Of a stretch of DNA of 64,000 nucleotides, positions 46,633 to 58,332 are shown piece by piece (positions within the stretch are counted from its first letter, which is position 1; the number at the start of each line of letters is the position of its first letter). The DNA comes from Eukaryota sp. TZLM1-RC (lineage: Eukaryota; Protista; Metamonada: BaSk clade): assembly GCA_040285825.1 (NCBI GenBank), contig JAUPSS010000004.1, forward strand, positions 4,493,784-4,557,783, in the 5' to 3' direction. A model generated the notes under the pieces. That model ran no database searches and was not told the DNA's origin. It saw nothing but the letters and a program-made list of their open reading frames with translations. Made by a program: the position numbers and the translations under genes.

Positions 46633-49600
46633 ATGTTTGAGTCTCTTCCAGTCACTCAAACTGTTCCTTTCGCCGGTACACAGCCACTTGCTGATGATGA
46701 AGACGCATATGACACCTTTGTTGAACAGGAATTCGACCCCTGGATTATCATTCGTTCCTATTTCACTGAGCATGGTCTCGTCAAACAACAAATAGAATCT
46801 TTCAACAACTTCATGGACTTTGACATCAACGAAGTCATCAAAGAAGAAGAGAAGATTGTTGTTGAGCCGAAAGCCCAACATCGTCCTGGTGAAGAGAACT
46901 TTACCCCTCCCCGCTATGAGTTCCGGTTTGGCGAGTCCTTCCTCGAAAAAACCCCTATGTACAAGGACGCAGAAGGTCTTGAGTCTGTTCTGTTTCCTGC
47001 CGAAGCCAGGCTCCGTAACTTGACATATGCCACCAATCTTTACATTGACGTCCATAAACACGAGTTTAACTTTGATGGATACCACAATGGTCAACCTCAG
47101 TGGAATGAGCATGTTGAAACCTTCCACAAGGTCCCTGTAGCTTCCATCCCAGTCATGCTCCGGTCAAAGTACTGTACACTTGCTGACACCGATGACTACC
47201 TCTTCGTCAGAGGTGGAGAATGTCAGTTTGATCAAGGTGGTTACTTCATAATTAAAGGTGGTGAGAAGGTGGTCATTGCCCAGGAAAGGATGGCTGCCAA
47301 TAAGGTATTTGTTTATGATAAAAGTAACCAACCCTCCGTCAGTCATTATGCCGAAATACGTTCCATTAGTGAGAATGTAGTCCGTCCCCCCTCAATGCTT
47401 TCTGTCTCTATTAAATCTAGATCTACGACTGATGCTTTCTCTGGCCAAACCTTAGTTGTTGATATAATGCCTCTAAGGGAAGAAATTCCAATTATTATCT
47501 TTTTTAAAGCTTTAGGTTTGGAATCTGATAAGAAAATTATTTCTAATATTGTTTATGATTTCAATGACACAGAAATGTTGGCTGCTCTTAAACCTTCTTT
47601 ACTCCAAGCTGAGTCAATTAAGGATCAAGAATCTGCCATGGACTACATTGGTAAGAGAGGGCCAACTATTGGTGCTTCTTATTCAGATCGTATAGCCTAT
47701 GCTGCTGATTTTCTCCAAAAGAACTTTCTCCCCCATGTGGCTGGTTCTTTGGATGAGCCCAGACCTGGTGAGAGTAGACAAGAGTTTTTTAGTAGAATGG
47801 AAAGAACCTCGTTCCCCCAAAAAGCTTTGTTTTTTGGTCACATGATTAATAGATTACTCAATGTTTATTTAAAGCGGGAAGCTGCAGATGATAGAGATCA
47901 TTACAGCAACAAAAGAGTTGACCTTACGGGTAGTTTAATGGCGGGTTTGTTTCGAAATTTATTTAGAAAAATGAAAGAAGATGCTTCGAGAAAACTGTTA
48001 AAGATTGCAGAGTCGAGAAGCACTATTGATTTTGCTACGTTCAATAACCTTTTTGCCGGAAACTCCATCTCACACGGACTCTCCTACTCCCTCTCCACTG
48101 GGAACTGGCAAGCTGTGCGAGATGCTCCTGTTCGAACTGGTGTATCCCAGGTGCTTGCCCGACTTACTTTTATGTCGGCAGTCTCCAACCTTAGAAGAGT
48201 CAATGCACCGATGAGGAGAGAGGACAAGCTCCCAAAACCCCGACAGCTACATAACACCCACTGGGGAATCATTTGTCCAGCCGAAACCCCAGAAGGTCAA
48301 GCTTGTGGCTTAGTCAAGAACTTTTCTCTAATGTCGTTTGCTTCCACTCGAACCAATCCAGCAGAAGTTCTTCAAACCATCACTGATCTGTGTGGAATGG
48401 AAGGTCTTGAAGAGTTTGACCCGACAAGACTTCAAGACCCTGATATGGTCAAGGTATTCTTGAATGGTAATTGGATTGGAGTTAAGAAGAATCCAAACAG
48501 TTTTGTAGCAGACCTTCGGGACTACAGGAGCAGTGAAATCATTCCCCCGATGACCACCATTGCTTATGATCGGATTCACAAAGTTGTATCCATCTTTACT
48601 GATGCTGGTAGAGTCTTGAGGCCTTTATTGGTTGTCGAAAATAACCGTTTGAAACTAACTGCGGACGTTTACAATCACCTACTTGCTGAAACTGGAGAGG
48701 AAGTTGACTGGGAGCATTTAGTAAAGGGAGGTTACGTGGAGTGGTTGGATACTGAAGAGAGTTCTAATGCCATGATTGCCATGTCCTTGGGTGAGCTTCA
48801 AGATGCAAAAGTCTCGTACACTCATGCTGAAATTCATCCTTCAATGATCCTGGGGGTTTCTGCATCCATTATTCCTTTTCCTGACCATAACCAGTCTCCA
48901 AGAAACACTTACCAATCAGCCATGGGAAAGCAGGCCATGGGTGTCTATGCTACGAACTTTAGATCTAGAATGGATACTCTGGCAAATGTATTGATGTACC
49001 CACAGAAGCCTCTCGTGACTACTTCTTCAATGGAACATTTAAAGTTTAAGGATCTCCCAGCCGGACAGAACGCTGTGGTTGCCATTGCTTGCTATACTGG
49101 GTTCAATCAGGAAGATTCTGTAATCATGAACCAATCAAGTGTCGATCGGGGGTTATTTAGGTCAATCTTTTTCCGATCATATAGGGACACGGCACGTGAA
49201 GATCGTGCGAGGGGTGTTATTGAAGAGTTCTCCAAACCAACACCTGATGATACCCTGCATATTAGAAGGGGTAACTACGATAAACTAGAACCTGATGGTC
49301 TTGTTCCAAGTGGAATTTTTGTTTCTGGTGAGGATATGCTTATTGGAAAAACTTCTCCTCTCCAAGGACCACAGCTAGAGCAGTATGATGCCAAGGCTGG
49401 AGCCTCACTAAGAAGGGCAACCAAGAAGGATGTTTCTACTCCGATGAGAAGGACAGAAGAAGGCATCGTGGATCAAGTGTTGTTATCAACTGATGAACAA
49501 GGCCACCGATTCACCAAAGTTAAGATTCGGATGACCCGAATCCCTCAAGTTGGAGATAAATTTTCCTCCCGTCATGGTCAAAAAGGTACTGTTGGGATTC

Positions 49601-50286
49601 TTCATCGCCAGGAGGACATGCCTTTTACATCATCTGGTGTCGTTCCTGACATTATTATCAACCCTCATGCTATTCCATCACGAATGACAATTGGACAGCT
49701 GATAGAGTGCCTTTTGGGTAAAGTTTCTGCTCTGACTGGACGGGAAGGTGATGCCACTCCCTTTGAACCAACTTATACTGTGCAATCAATTGCCGAAAAC
49801 CTCCATGCTGCAGGTTATCAACGTCATGGTAACGAGGTTTTACACAATGGTTACACAGGACAGAAACTAGATGCTCAGATTTTCATAGGGCCTACTTATT
49901 ACCAACGCTTGAAGCATATGGTTGAAGATAAGATTCATTCGAGGTCAACTGGACCTTTACAAATCCTAACCAGACAACCTGTTGAGGGTAGAGGTCGTGA
50001 AGGAGGTCTTCGCTTTGGAGAGATGGAAAGAGATGCAATCATCTCTCACGGAGCTTCTGCCTTGCTCAAGGATCGACTTTTCCATCAATCAGATCCATAT
50101 AAGGTGTATGTCTGTGATATTTGTGGTTTAATGGCAACTGCTAATCTACAAAGGAAACAATATTCATGCAAGGTCTGTAACAATTTCCACAAAATCAGTT
50201 GCGTCAATATGCCCTATGCGTGTAAGCTTTTGTTTCAGGAATTGATGGCGATGTGTGTTGCTCCAAAAATAATTTCAAAGTCGTAG
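46633..50286 (+). CDS. RPB2: DNA-directed RNA polymerase II second-largest subunit
   Basis: GLVKQQIESFN, DQGGYFII, KPRQLHNTHWG..CPAETPEG, DHNQSPRNTYQSAMGKQ, GDKFSSRHGQKG, GGLRFGEMERD and a C-terminal zinc site. Intronless; first ATG at 46633. Confidence 0.98.
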   Translation: MFESLPVTQTVPFAGTQPLADDEDAYDTFVEQEFDPWIIIRSYFTEHGLVKQQIESFNNFMDFDINEVIKEEEKIVVEPKAQHRPGEENFTPPRYEFRFGESFLEKTPMYKDAEGLESVLFPAEARLRNLTYATNLYIDVHKHEFNFDGYHNGQPQWNEHVETFHKVPVASIPVMLRSKYCTLADTDDYLFVRGGECQFDQGGYFIIKGGEKVVIAQERMAANKVFVYDKSNQPSVSHYAEIRSISENVVRPPSMLSVSIKSRSTTDAFSGQTLVVDIMPLREEIPIIIFFKALGLESDKKIISNIVYDFNDTEMLAALKPSLLQAESIKDQESAMDYIGKRGPTIGASYSDRIAYAADFLQKNFLPHVAGSLDEPRPGESRQEFFSRMERTSFPQKALFFGHMINRLLNVYLKREAADDRDHYSNKRVDLTGSLMAGLFRNLFRKMKEDASRKLLKIAESRSTIDFATFNNLFAGNSISHGLSYSLSTGNWQAVRDAPVRTGVSQVLARLTFMSAVSNLRRVNAPMRREDKLPKPRQLHNTHWGIICPAETPEGQACGLVKNFSLMSFASTRTNPAEVLQTITDLCGMEGLEEFDPTRLQDPDMVKVFLNGNWIGVKKNPNSFVADLRDYRSSEIIPPMTTIAYDRIHKVVSIFTDAGRVLRPLLVVENNRLKLTADVYNHLLAETGEEVDWEHLVKGGYVEWLDTEESSNAMIAMSLGELQDAKVSYTHAEIHPSMILGVSASIIPFPDHNQSPRNTYQSAMGKQAMGVYATNFRSRMDTLANVLMYPQKPLVTTSSMEHLKFKDLPAGQNAVVAIACYTGFNQEDSVIMNQSSVDRGLFRSIFFRSYRDTAREDRARGVIEEFSKPTPDDTLHIRRGNYDKLEPDGLVPSGIFVSGEDMLIGKTSPLQGPQLEQYDAKAGASLRRATKKDVSTPMRRTEEGIVDQVLLSTDEQGHRFTKVKIRMTRIPQVGDKFSSRHGQKGTVGILHRQEDMPFTSSGVVPDIIINPHAIPSRMTIGQLIECLLGKVSALTGREGDATPFEPTYTVQSIAENLHAAGYQRHGNEVLHNGYTGQKLDAQIFIGPTYYQRLKHMVEDKIHSRSTGPLQILTRQPVEGRGREGGLRFGEMERDAIISHGASALLKDRLFHQSDPYKVYVCDICGLMATANLQRKQYSCKVCNNFHKISCVNMPYACKLLFQELMAMCVAPKIISKS

Positions 50287-50387
50287 TTAAGGGATTAAAT
50301 AAAATTAAACTTTTTTGTTTTTTCTTTTGATAAAACTAGGTAATTTCTCAAAAAAGTTATAAAACAAAGAAGAACAAATAACCTGTG

Positions 50388-51287
50388 TAAAGCTTGGATT
50401 TTGATGTTAGACTTGGCTTGGCCAAGAAAAAGAATCCCGCTTTTGCAAATCTTTTACAAGATATGTGTGACAGTACTTCTTCTGCCTTAGTAACAACAAT
50501 TCCACAAGTTTATGGTACTCTCTTATCCGATTCTGCTTGGGCTCTGAATATGAGATTTCGTTCCTTTATCTGGCCTGATAATTTACCTCATAATTTAATT
50601 TGTAAATGTTCTCGAGAAATTACAACTACTCATTTGTTAAATTGTAAACATTTTATTACTTTTAGAAGCAAGGTTCATGATGCTGTAAGAGATTAGTTAT
50701 ATTGTATGTGTAAATCTCATAGAATTGAATCCTTCTTGGAACCTCTGTTGTCAAATCTGTTTGATGCTGAAAATGATTTTCATAAGAATAATAGAGGTGA
50801 TGTCATATTACCTGGATTAGATGGAAGCTTCATTTTATTGGATGTAATGTCTGTTGATCCTTGTAATGCCTCAAATGAAAGGCTTGTTAATTCTGAAATT
50901 CATAATCCCCTTTCAAATGCTGAAAATTTTAAATTCAAAAAATACAATGAACCTTTGTCCAAATTGGCCAGTCTACAGCATGCAAAATACAATTTGTATC
51001 CATTTGTATTTTCCCTTTTTGGTTCACTTGCACCAACTGCTTTACGTTTTTTGGATGATTTTGAAATGATTGTAAAGAGAAGAACTGGCAGAAATTTCAA
51101 CAGATTGTTTTGGCAAAATAGAATTGTGTTTTCTATTTTTAAGGGGATGTTGAAGATGGTTTCTGATGCTTTGCTTTCTCTTGGATCTCACTATGAGAGA
51201 GTTGCATCTAGTGTTTTTGTTTTGGGAGAGATGGATTTTTTAGATGTTGATTTATAGGTTTAGAATAAAATTAAATTTAATTAAAAA
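50388..51287 (+). mobile_element. 5'-truncated non-LTR retrotransposon (RLE end) with TSD
   Basis: 12-bp TSD AAATAACCTGTG at 50376-50387 and 51288-51299, with an A-run tail. CKC..HLLNC..HDAVRD*..RGDV..LLDV..FWQNRIVF, one premature stop. Confidence 0.9.
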
Positions 51288-51586
51288 AAATAACCTGTGA
51301 TTTTCAATTCAAATGAATTATCAACACATTGCTTGTCTTTTCCTCAGCCAATAAATTCATGTTTTCTTTCCTCAGTATAGCCAATGCATCCTCCATCAAG
51401 GTACAACTGATGCTACAACTGTACAAAGGTGCCCGTGCCTTCTTTCAACAGGAAATATCTCTTTATTATGACAACTGCTTTACCGCAGTAGAACTTCAGG
51501 AAGCTGCTCATCAATTTTTCCACTCCCAATTGTCTGCAAAGAAAAAGAAGTTTAACAGTGACTGGCAACTTGAAGTCAAATACAAG

Positions 51587-51901
51587 TCAACCGGCAGCCA
51601 GTTTCGTCCAAAAGTAACCTCCACGATAGCTGGATGGATAAACAATAAAGGATACCTCTGCAGTTGACAACATTAGGCGTGAATTTGGAGTTTCGTCATT
51701 GTTGATTGATTTGTTAAAAGCAGCCTGTAACCAGCGACTAAGAAATGACTGTGAAACGCAGAAGTATTGAGCTATATAAGTTTGTGGTTTGTTAAGAAAC
51801 ATATAGGTATAACAGGCCCTAACCTTAGTGTCCTCAGATGCTTGGACCCTTAAGGACGCAAGCTTTTGTGAAGACAACAACATGTCGTATGTATACCCCA
51901 T
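51587..51901 (-). pseudogene. Possible Tc1/IS630-like transposase N-terminal HTH remnant
   Basis: ASEDTKVRACYTYMFLNKPQTYIAQYFCVSQSFLSRWL has an HTH pattern. No catalytic domain seen. Confidence 0.3.
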
Positions 51902-52315
51902 AAATAATAGTGACTGTCTGTTTGTTAGTTTTGTTAAATGTTATGGCAATAAAAAGCTCAATACTACAAAAGTTAATTGATATAGACATTCTGTCCCAAA
52001 AGAAAGCAGGTTGATGTAAGACGTATAAGGTCTCTGCTTATGAAGTTGTTGTGATGACATCATATCTCTTCTGTTACAAAAGAAGCAAGGTTGATCTTAT
52101 TGTGTACAAAACGAACTGATATAGAATTACAGACGGGTTTAGCCCTACTTCTTTGTTAATAAAGGCTACGTATAACTTGTGAAAGAGCGTTCTGTGGGGT
52201 GAGTGAAAACCCAGTGAGTAAAAATAGTTTGTACTGACAACCCACTGAAAAAGCGATCCTCAGACTAAATAACACTATTTATTATATTATCCTGGCGAGT
52301 CATACACAATGAACT

Positions 52316-53527
52316 CACCACAAATCTACTCCACCTGTTCCTTCTTCGGAAGTTCCTACAAGAAAATTATTCATATCCCTCCAACATCTGGCCAGACTTC
52401 TCAGCAAGGTCCCGTTGTTTTTTCTACTCTTACAGCTTGGCAAGTGCTTAATGTTACCCAGCCTAACAGTTATCAACCTCCAACTCAGCCGCAAGAATCA
52501 GATTCTCCCTTCGTTTCTGTTCAGCAAAGGACTGAAGCTCAAACTTTAGTTCTTAATGTTGGCATTGAATTAATGCAAGGAGATCCTGCCTCGATTCCTC
52601 CTAATGAGCTCATTGCTGCTCCATTCCCATATTGGAGTCCAGAAGTAGTCAATGACCACGGCGTAAGGATCCGTAGAAGAATAGGCCCACACTTCCCTAC
52701 TGAAGAATTAGATAACCCTCCACCCAATTTTCTTCAGCGGGATATTGTTGGAGGTTTCAGAATTCCTCGAGAAGGAGTACGGAGAATTTTCGCTGGTGAT
52801 GAGCTGAATTTCTTCCTCAACCGCTGCAATCCGTGTCCTTTCCCTAGGTTTAGCCCTGGGTATAACGGATATCTTGATATTTCTATCAACCGAAGCCAAC
52901 CCTTTCTCTCCTGGCCAATTGGTCAAACGAGCTTCGGCTTCCACAGCTAAATTATATGGTAACTATCAAGGACTTTTCAAAGTTATATATACACCATCTC
53001 CCTCCACATTTGACATTAAGAATTTGTCTACTGGCATGGTAGTCAAAGCCAGTGTGAAGCACCTTCAACCTTGGCATTCCAGTTAACCCGCAATTGATGA
53101 TTTTCACTCATGGGTCGCAGCCAATGACGCCGAAGAACAGAAAGTTTTCAGTCAGGATGGTGGCCATTACCAAGTCCAATGGCCTGACAATCATATTAGC
53201 ACTGAGCTGGTTTCGACTATTCAGAACACCTCTGCTTACAAAGAATTCTCCAAGTCTATATCTGATACTCACTCTCATCCTTCCCGCCGTAAACGACGTT
53301 CTAATAAAATTAACAATACTGTAAATTTTACTCCTATCAGGCCTCAACGCTCGGAAAGAAGAAAGGGCGGTGTTAGCCTTGGATAATATTTGTTTTAATA
53401 GTTTAATTGTAGTTCATTGTACAAATGCGCCCATGTGCTTAAGTTGAGGGAAATCCTCATTCCCTCGCAATAAACCTCTTTACATATCTTATAGGTACAT
53501 GTCTAGTCATAACCCCGCAGATCATCA
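52316..53527 (+). mobile_element. Internally deleted family-A LTR element remnant with 3' LTR (53371-53527)
   Basis: 52316-52880 matches the gag region at ~10190-10770, then jumps to the integrase tail matching ~15795-16160. PPT gaaagaagaaagggcgg precedes TGTTAGCCTTGG...GATCATCA. Confidence 0.85.
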
Positions 53528-53999
53528 CTAGGGACCAAGAGTCCTCAAAGGAAAGAAGTGCGCATAATGAACCCAGTGTCTGTCTGAGCACCCAAAAAAA
53601 CAGGCCCAATTGTTACCTCAAATTCTGGTAGTGTTCTTCATTCAGTTTTTATTACTTTCCAAAAGGAATTTTATAACAGTAGAAATTTCCCTCAAACTCA
53701 ACATCTATTATCGAAAACTCACCAACAGGCCTTTTCGTCATAATATTTTCCAAGTGATAGCAACGAACTAGAAACAAGGCTGTACAATGCCTTGGGAAAA
53801 GAAAATACAATTCTATTTTGCGTCAAAGTTTGGTCAAAGATTCTTTTACTTCTATCTTAAGAATTTGAAATATATCATCTGGAAAAGCAAAATCAAATTT
53901 ACCCAAGGTTTCCAAAAAAGGAGAAGGCAAAAGGACAGTGGAGCTGTTGTGTGTGGCAGTTGGTATTTAAATTATTATTATTTTCAGCATGCTTGATAA

Positions 54000-54520
54000 T
54001 TTTGGCCTTTTCACCTCTACGTAAAAGTTAACAATAAAAGGGAAAAAATGTTTATTTGAGTTATTTGATACATCTGTAGATCTGAAATCAATAATTACAA
54101 TAAAATACAATGAAACAGATTAAGGATTGCATCATGATCTTTTGACCTAACAGTATTAAAACTTTTTCGTATTATTGAAATAATATATACAAATTTTACA
54201 ATTAAATTCATCAATTTGAGTGACAGTTTTTCCATATAAACAAAGTGAACCATGTCAAAGATTATCAGGCCACATAAATCCTCCAAAAGGCATGAATAAT
54301 ACAAAACAAGGGCCATTCATAAACAAACCATTATTCTTGGTACTTGATTAATTAAACACTAAGCAGAACCAACATCCATTAAAAATTTGCAAAAGGGAGA
54401 TTTTTGCATATGTCAAAAACCAAATCTTCAACACTTACTGTATGTTTGTGAAGCTTCTGTAATGGTAGTGTTTAGCATCAAAAGCTTATCTTCCGTTTAT
54501 GAAAATCAGGAATGTAATTG
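54000..54520 (-). pseudogene. Highly degenerate non-LTR RLE fragment
   Basis: Minus-strand VRSKDHDAI and a ...tgatttcagatctacagatgtatcaaataactcaaat segment homologous to 8254-8300 and 46118-46160. Confidence 0.5.
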
Positions 54521-54851
54521 AACAAATTGTCTATTTCCATCAGTGTATATCCGCCATAAACTTAATTAATTCATTTGTTATGATTTTGATGAATCCACTC
54601 TATTGATCATCGTAATCAATCTTTTGATTGATGTCATTATTCTTTTAATTCATTGTCGATAAAAGTAACCTCTCTCAACACTCTCGGTCATCTGAAGCTA
54701 CATGTTTTAACAATTGTATTTAGAAGGCGTTGACGTTTGTAGGTGGAAGCGGAGACCAACAAATGAAAGACTTTGACCTGTAAAACAGACACAAAAACAA
54801 TAAAAACTTAAAGAAAAACTTTATTTTATTAAATAAACCTTATAATACAAT

Positions 54852-56564
54852 TTAAGCACACCGATCACCAATATCCTCACACAAAATTCTTATGTCTTCT
54901 AAAGAACGTTCAGTGTTGACCAAAAGGGAATCAAATAAATCCAAAGTTTTGTTATAAAAAGTTCTTGTATCTCCCAATTCACCCTTCTTGAAATCAACAG
55001 AAATATCTGCAAGATTCCTAAAGACTTTTTCAAAAATGGTCAAACAAAGCCTGCACATCCAGTGAGCCCCTGAAAAGAAATCATTTGATTGACAATCTAA
55101 GGTTGAAATTGATGGAAGATCAGAATTTTGCAATTGATGTTTCAATTTTGAATTTTCATTGGTTAATGTCTCAATCTCATCCTCCAACTGGTTTAACGTA
55201 ATATTCAATTCAGTGTCACGTTTGGTCTTCTTGACTCTTGTTGACTCAGCCCTTCTTTTTTGACACTTTGCATTTTCTCCTTTTAAAGACTTAATTTCTG
55301 CTTCTAGCCTATTTGTCCTTGCATCCATTCTGGACATCCAAACCGCATTGAGAGCCAATAGTAAATTATTCATCACTTCGGGAGGGTTATTTGGCAAGCA
55401 TTTCCTAGCCCATTTACGAGCAACAATGACGGCATCAGTAGGAACGAACCATTTGAGCTCTTGGAGTGGAGAGCCATCGGGAAAATATGATAAAGAATTA
55501 TCCAACAAGTTTGATGTGAGGTAACGCAAAGGAACTTCAGAGGGTTCTTCAAAATCAATATCCTCAGGAATCTCGTGGATTAGGAACTTGTATTTTGGAA
55601 CTTCCGATAACATTTTCATCAGCCGAAGACAATCATGTTTGCTGGCTTCTAATTCATCCTTCAATCTGGAGATTCTCCTTTTTGTTCTCAGATCTTTCAT
55701 TTCTTTTGATCCTTGGACTTGCACCTCCTCTTCAGCTGCCTGTAGTTGGGCTTCCAAGGACAGAACTTGATGTCGAAGTTGACTGGAAAGGTGATTTGAT
55801 TGATCGAGTTGTGTCTGAAGTGATTGTTGTTCGACTTCCAAATCTGTTATTTTTGATTGTAATTCATTTTCTGTGACGTCATGATGACTATATTTTGATT
55901 GCAATCTATCAACTTCTGATTGCAATCGTAATATCTCGTCATCTCTAGACACTATTTGATCACTCTTTTCTCTCATCTTCTTCTCCCAGCCTGCAAGATC
56001 AAAATTCAGCTCATCAATCTTATTTTTAAACTCCTTCTCCTTATTGATACATCCTTTATGTTGTTCATAAAGCTGGTTGAACCTTTCTTCCGTCTTTGTT
56101 AAAGATTCCCTGGTTGATTTTAACTCGTTAGTTTTGGCTTCAAGGTGATCTCTGAGCGTTTCAGCCTCAACTGATCTTTCTGCAAGCTGCGACTTGGTGG
56201 TTTCAAAGGAGCGTTTGACAACTTTGAGTTCATTACGAAGAGTTGAGCAGACCTTCTCAGAGGAATCGAGTCGTTGGAGGAGGAGAGCTTCACGTTCGGC
56301 GAAAGAGGAAGCTTCAGCCACATCCAGTGAGGCCATGCGACGAGCTCTATCTACAAGACTTGTTTTGAGTGATGTCCAGACTTTGCTGTCTGAAACAGAA
56401 GGAGAGCGGGTACGACTAGATGCTGACTTATCAAGGTTGGATTTAGATATGATAGGAGATGTTGGAGGTTTGGTTATTGAAAGGGAGAGATCATCATCTT
56501 CATCTGAAGAGTCAACCTCGTTATAAGGTACATATCGCTCTATTTTGAGCGATCTGCTGCTCAT
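54852..56564 (-). CDS. Hypothetical coiled-coil protein (570 aa)
   Basis: Long ATG ORF with extended E/K/L/S heptads. Confidence 0.8.
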   Translation of the reverse strand: MSSRSLKIERYVPYNEVDSSDEDDDLSLSITKPPTSPIISKSNLDKSASSRTRSPSVSDSKVWTSLKTSLVDRARRMASLDVAEASSFAEREALLLQRLDSSEKVCSTLRNELKVVKRSFETTKSQLAERSVEAETLRDHLEAKTNELKSTRESLTKTEERFNQLYEQHKGCINKEKEFKNKIDELNFDLAGWEKKMREKSDQIVSRDDEILRLQSEVDRLQSKYSHHDVTENELQSKITDLEVEQQSLQTQLDQSNHLSSQLRHQVLSLEAQLQAAEEEVQVQGSKEMKDLRTKRRISRLKDELEASKHDCLRLMKMLSEVPKYKFLIHEIPEDIDFEEPSEVPLRYLTSNLLDNSLSYFPDGSPLQELKWFVPTDAVIVARKWARKCLPNNPPEVMNNLLLALNAVWMSRMDARTNRLEAEIKSLKGENAKCQKRRAESTRVKKTKRDTELNITLNQLEDEIETLTNENSKLKHQLQNSDLPSISTLDCQSNDFFSGAHWMCRLCLTIFEKVFRNLADISVDFKKGELGDTRTFYNKTLDLFDSLLVNTERSLEDIRILCEDIGDRCA

Positions 56565-57365
56565 TGAAAATTAAGGTTGCTTCAAGTTGCAACAAAAGTG
56601 GCCGAACAATTTTATTTTTGGACTTGCAACATCTTTTGATATAGATACAACCCCTACAATGCATTGTTACTAGTTGCTCTCTTCTTCTTTTTCACATTCT
56701 TTTGTTCTGGATTTTGTGTCACTTATGTCAGGCCTTGTCTGTAGTCAACAGTTATTGTGAAATTGCGGAATTATTGTTTTAGAAATTCAATAAATAGTAG
56801 ACTGCTTCAACCAAGTAATACTGAATAAATATGGAAAAATTTCGCTGAAAGCAAAACAAACAAAATGAACTGCAAATCTCATCTTCTCAGAAAATGGGTT
56901 CATCATCAGGTGAACGAATTTCAACTCCAAATATCCATAGGTAGACAAGATGCTATGCTTCAGCTTTACAGCAAATTTTAAAATCACCAACATACATTGT
57001 TTTAACAGAAAGAGTTGCTGAACTATTTACTTCGATGTGATTTTTCCATTTTTTGCAAAATCAAAAAATTGCGCCAAAAATAAGACTTCATATCTGTTAG
57101 ATTACGAAATTTTTTCATCCTTTAAGGGGAGTTATAGCAAGGAACATACCAGATCAAAATTTTGTAGAGGAATTCTTGGTTTCGACCTATATGAGTGATC
57201 TTTGCGAAGCATTAGCGTTTAATAAAAATTCACTATTGAATCTATATTGGAATTTTACCATTAGGGATCACAGCTACATTCAATTAAATGACTTTCATAT
57301 AATCCAACACTCCAACAACAGTTCTCGCTCAGTTAAAAATAGAATATTTATTTACAAAAAACTAA

Positions 57366-58031
57366 TTATTTGAGACGTTTGTTGCTTCTGTCTTTTGAAT
57401 TGAGTGATCTGGGCAAATTTCGATCTCTGAACCTTTCAGAATAGCCCAATAAACGGCGACTACGGTCAGACCAATCTCTGTCAAAAGCTTCGGCATCTTC
57501 AACGTTTTCCATTCTGGTGGTAACGTTGTCGTGACCGTCCCTGTCTCGTTCCCTATAATAACGCATTGTCTTATCACCAATCGTGCGACTTTCTTCAAAC
57601 GTCTGTTTGCCTGTACGTGAGTCGTGGACGGCAGTCGATGTATGTTTAACCCCACCAGGGCCTGAAGAATGACTGACTGTTTTTGAATAGAAGACTTGAT
57701 GATTTCCAGAATTTGGGTTTGTGAAATCACCAAAGTCCATATCAAACATTGATGAGTCAAACAAACTGCCAAATCCAAATCCAAGACGATCACTGGGGCC
57801 TCGTCTAGGACGGTCAGCCCTATTGCCTACGTGACGATAACGATCTCTGTCTGTAGATGGATCATCAGGGTGTTCAACTTCAACGTTTTGATGCGAAGAA
57901 TGTTGATGAGATTGTTCATTATCGTCTAATTCTTCTACGACAGGTGATTGATGACGGTTTCTCTGAGAAGAGCGGTGTCTGTCACGAGAGAAATGAGAGT
58001 CGAAAGGATCGTGGAAAAAGTTGTTGAACAT
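57366..58031 (-). CDS. Myeloid leukemia factor (MLF)-like protein
   Basis: GPGGVKHT...DSRTG...RTIGDK...AEAFDRDW matches the MLF core. Probable start is MFNNFFHDPF at 58031. Confidence 0.8.
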   Translation of the reverse strand: MFNNFFHDPFDSHFSRDRHRSSQRNRHQSPVVEELDDNEQSHQHSSHQNVEVEHPDDPSTDRDRYRHVGNRADRPRRGPSDRLGFGFGSLFDSSMFDMDFGDFTNPNSGNHQVFYSKTVSHSSGPGGVKHTSTAVHDSRTGKQTFEESRTIGDKTMRYYRERDRDGHDNVTTRMENVEDAEAFDRDWSDRSRRLLGYSERFRDRNLPRSLNSKDRSNKRLK

Positions 58032-58332
58032 ATTTCTGCTTATATTTTTGGAATCATAGAATTTAAAATAGTGCCACGTCATTATGCGTCATAACCACCT
58101 GTTGTTCAGACAATAACAACATCCGTTACGTTATACAAGAACATATTCCTGTTATGTCACTTAGCATACCTTCTACATTAATTTTCTTGTTATATAATCA
58201 CTTCATTGATATTGTTTTGGGGACACTACATTCTATAAATTCAGTAATGTAGACTGTAACATTAAATAGTATATACGAATATTTATTTTTGAACAAGATC
58301 TCTACAATAATAAGACAAAAAAGACTCTAAAA

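Noticed and set aside
46498-47127. 209-aa minus-strand ORF and similar antisense ORFs over AlaRS, gag/pol and the coiled-coil gene
   Set aside because: These are shadows of strongly conserved genes on the opposite strand and have no motifs of their own.
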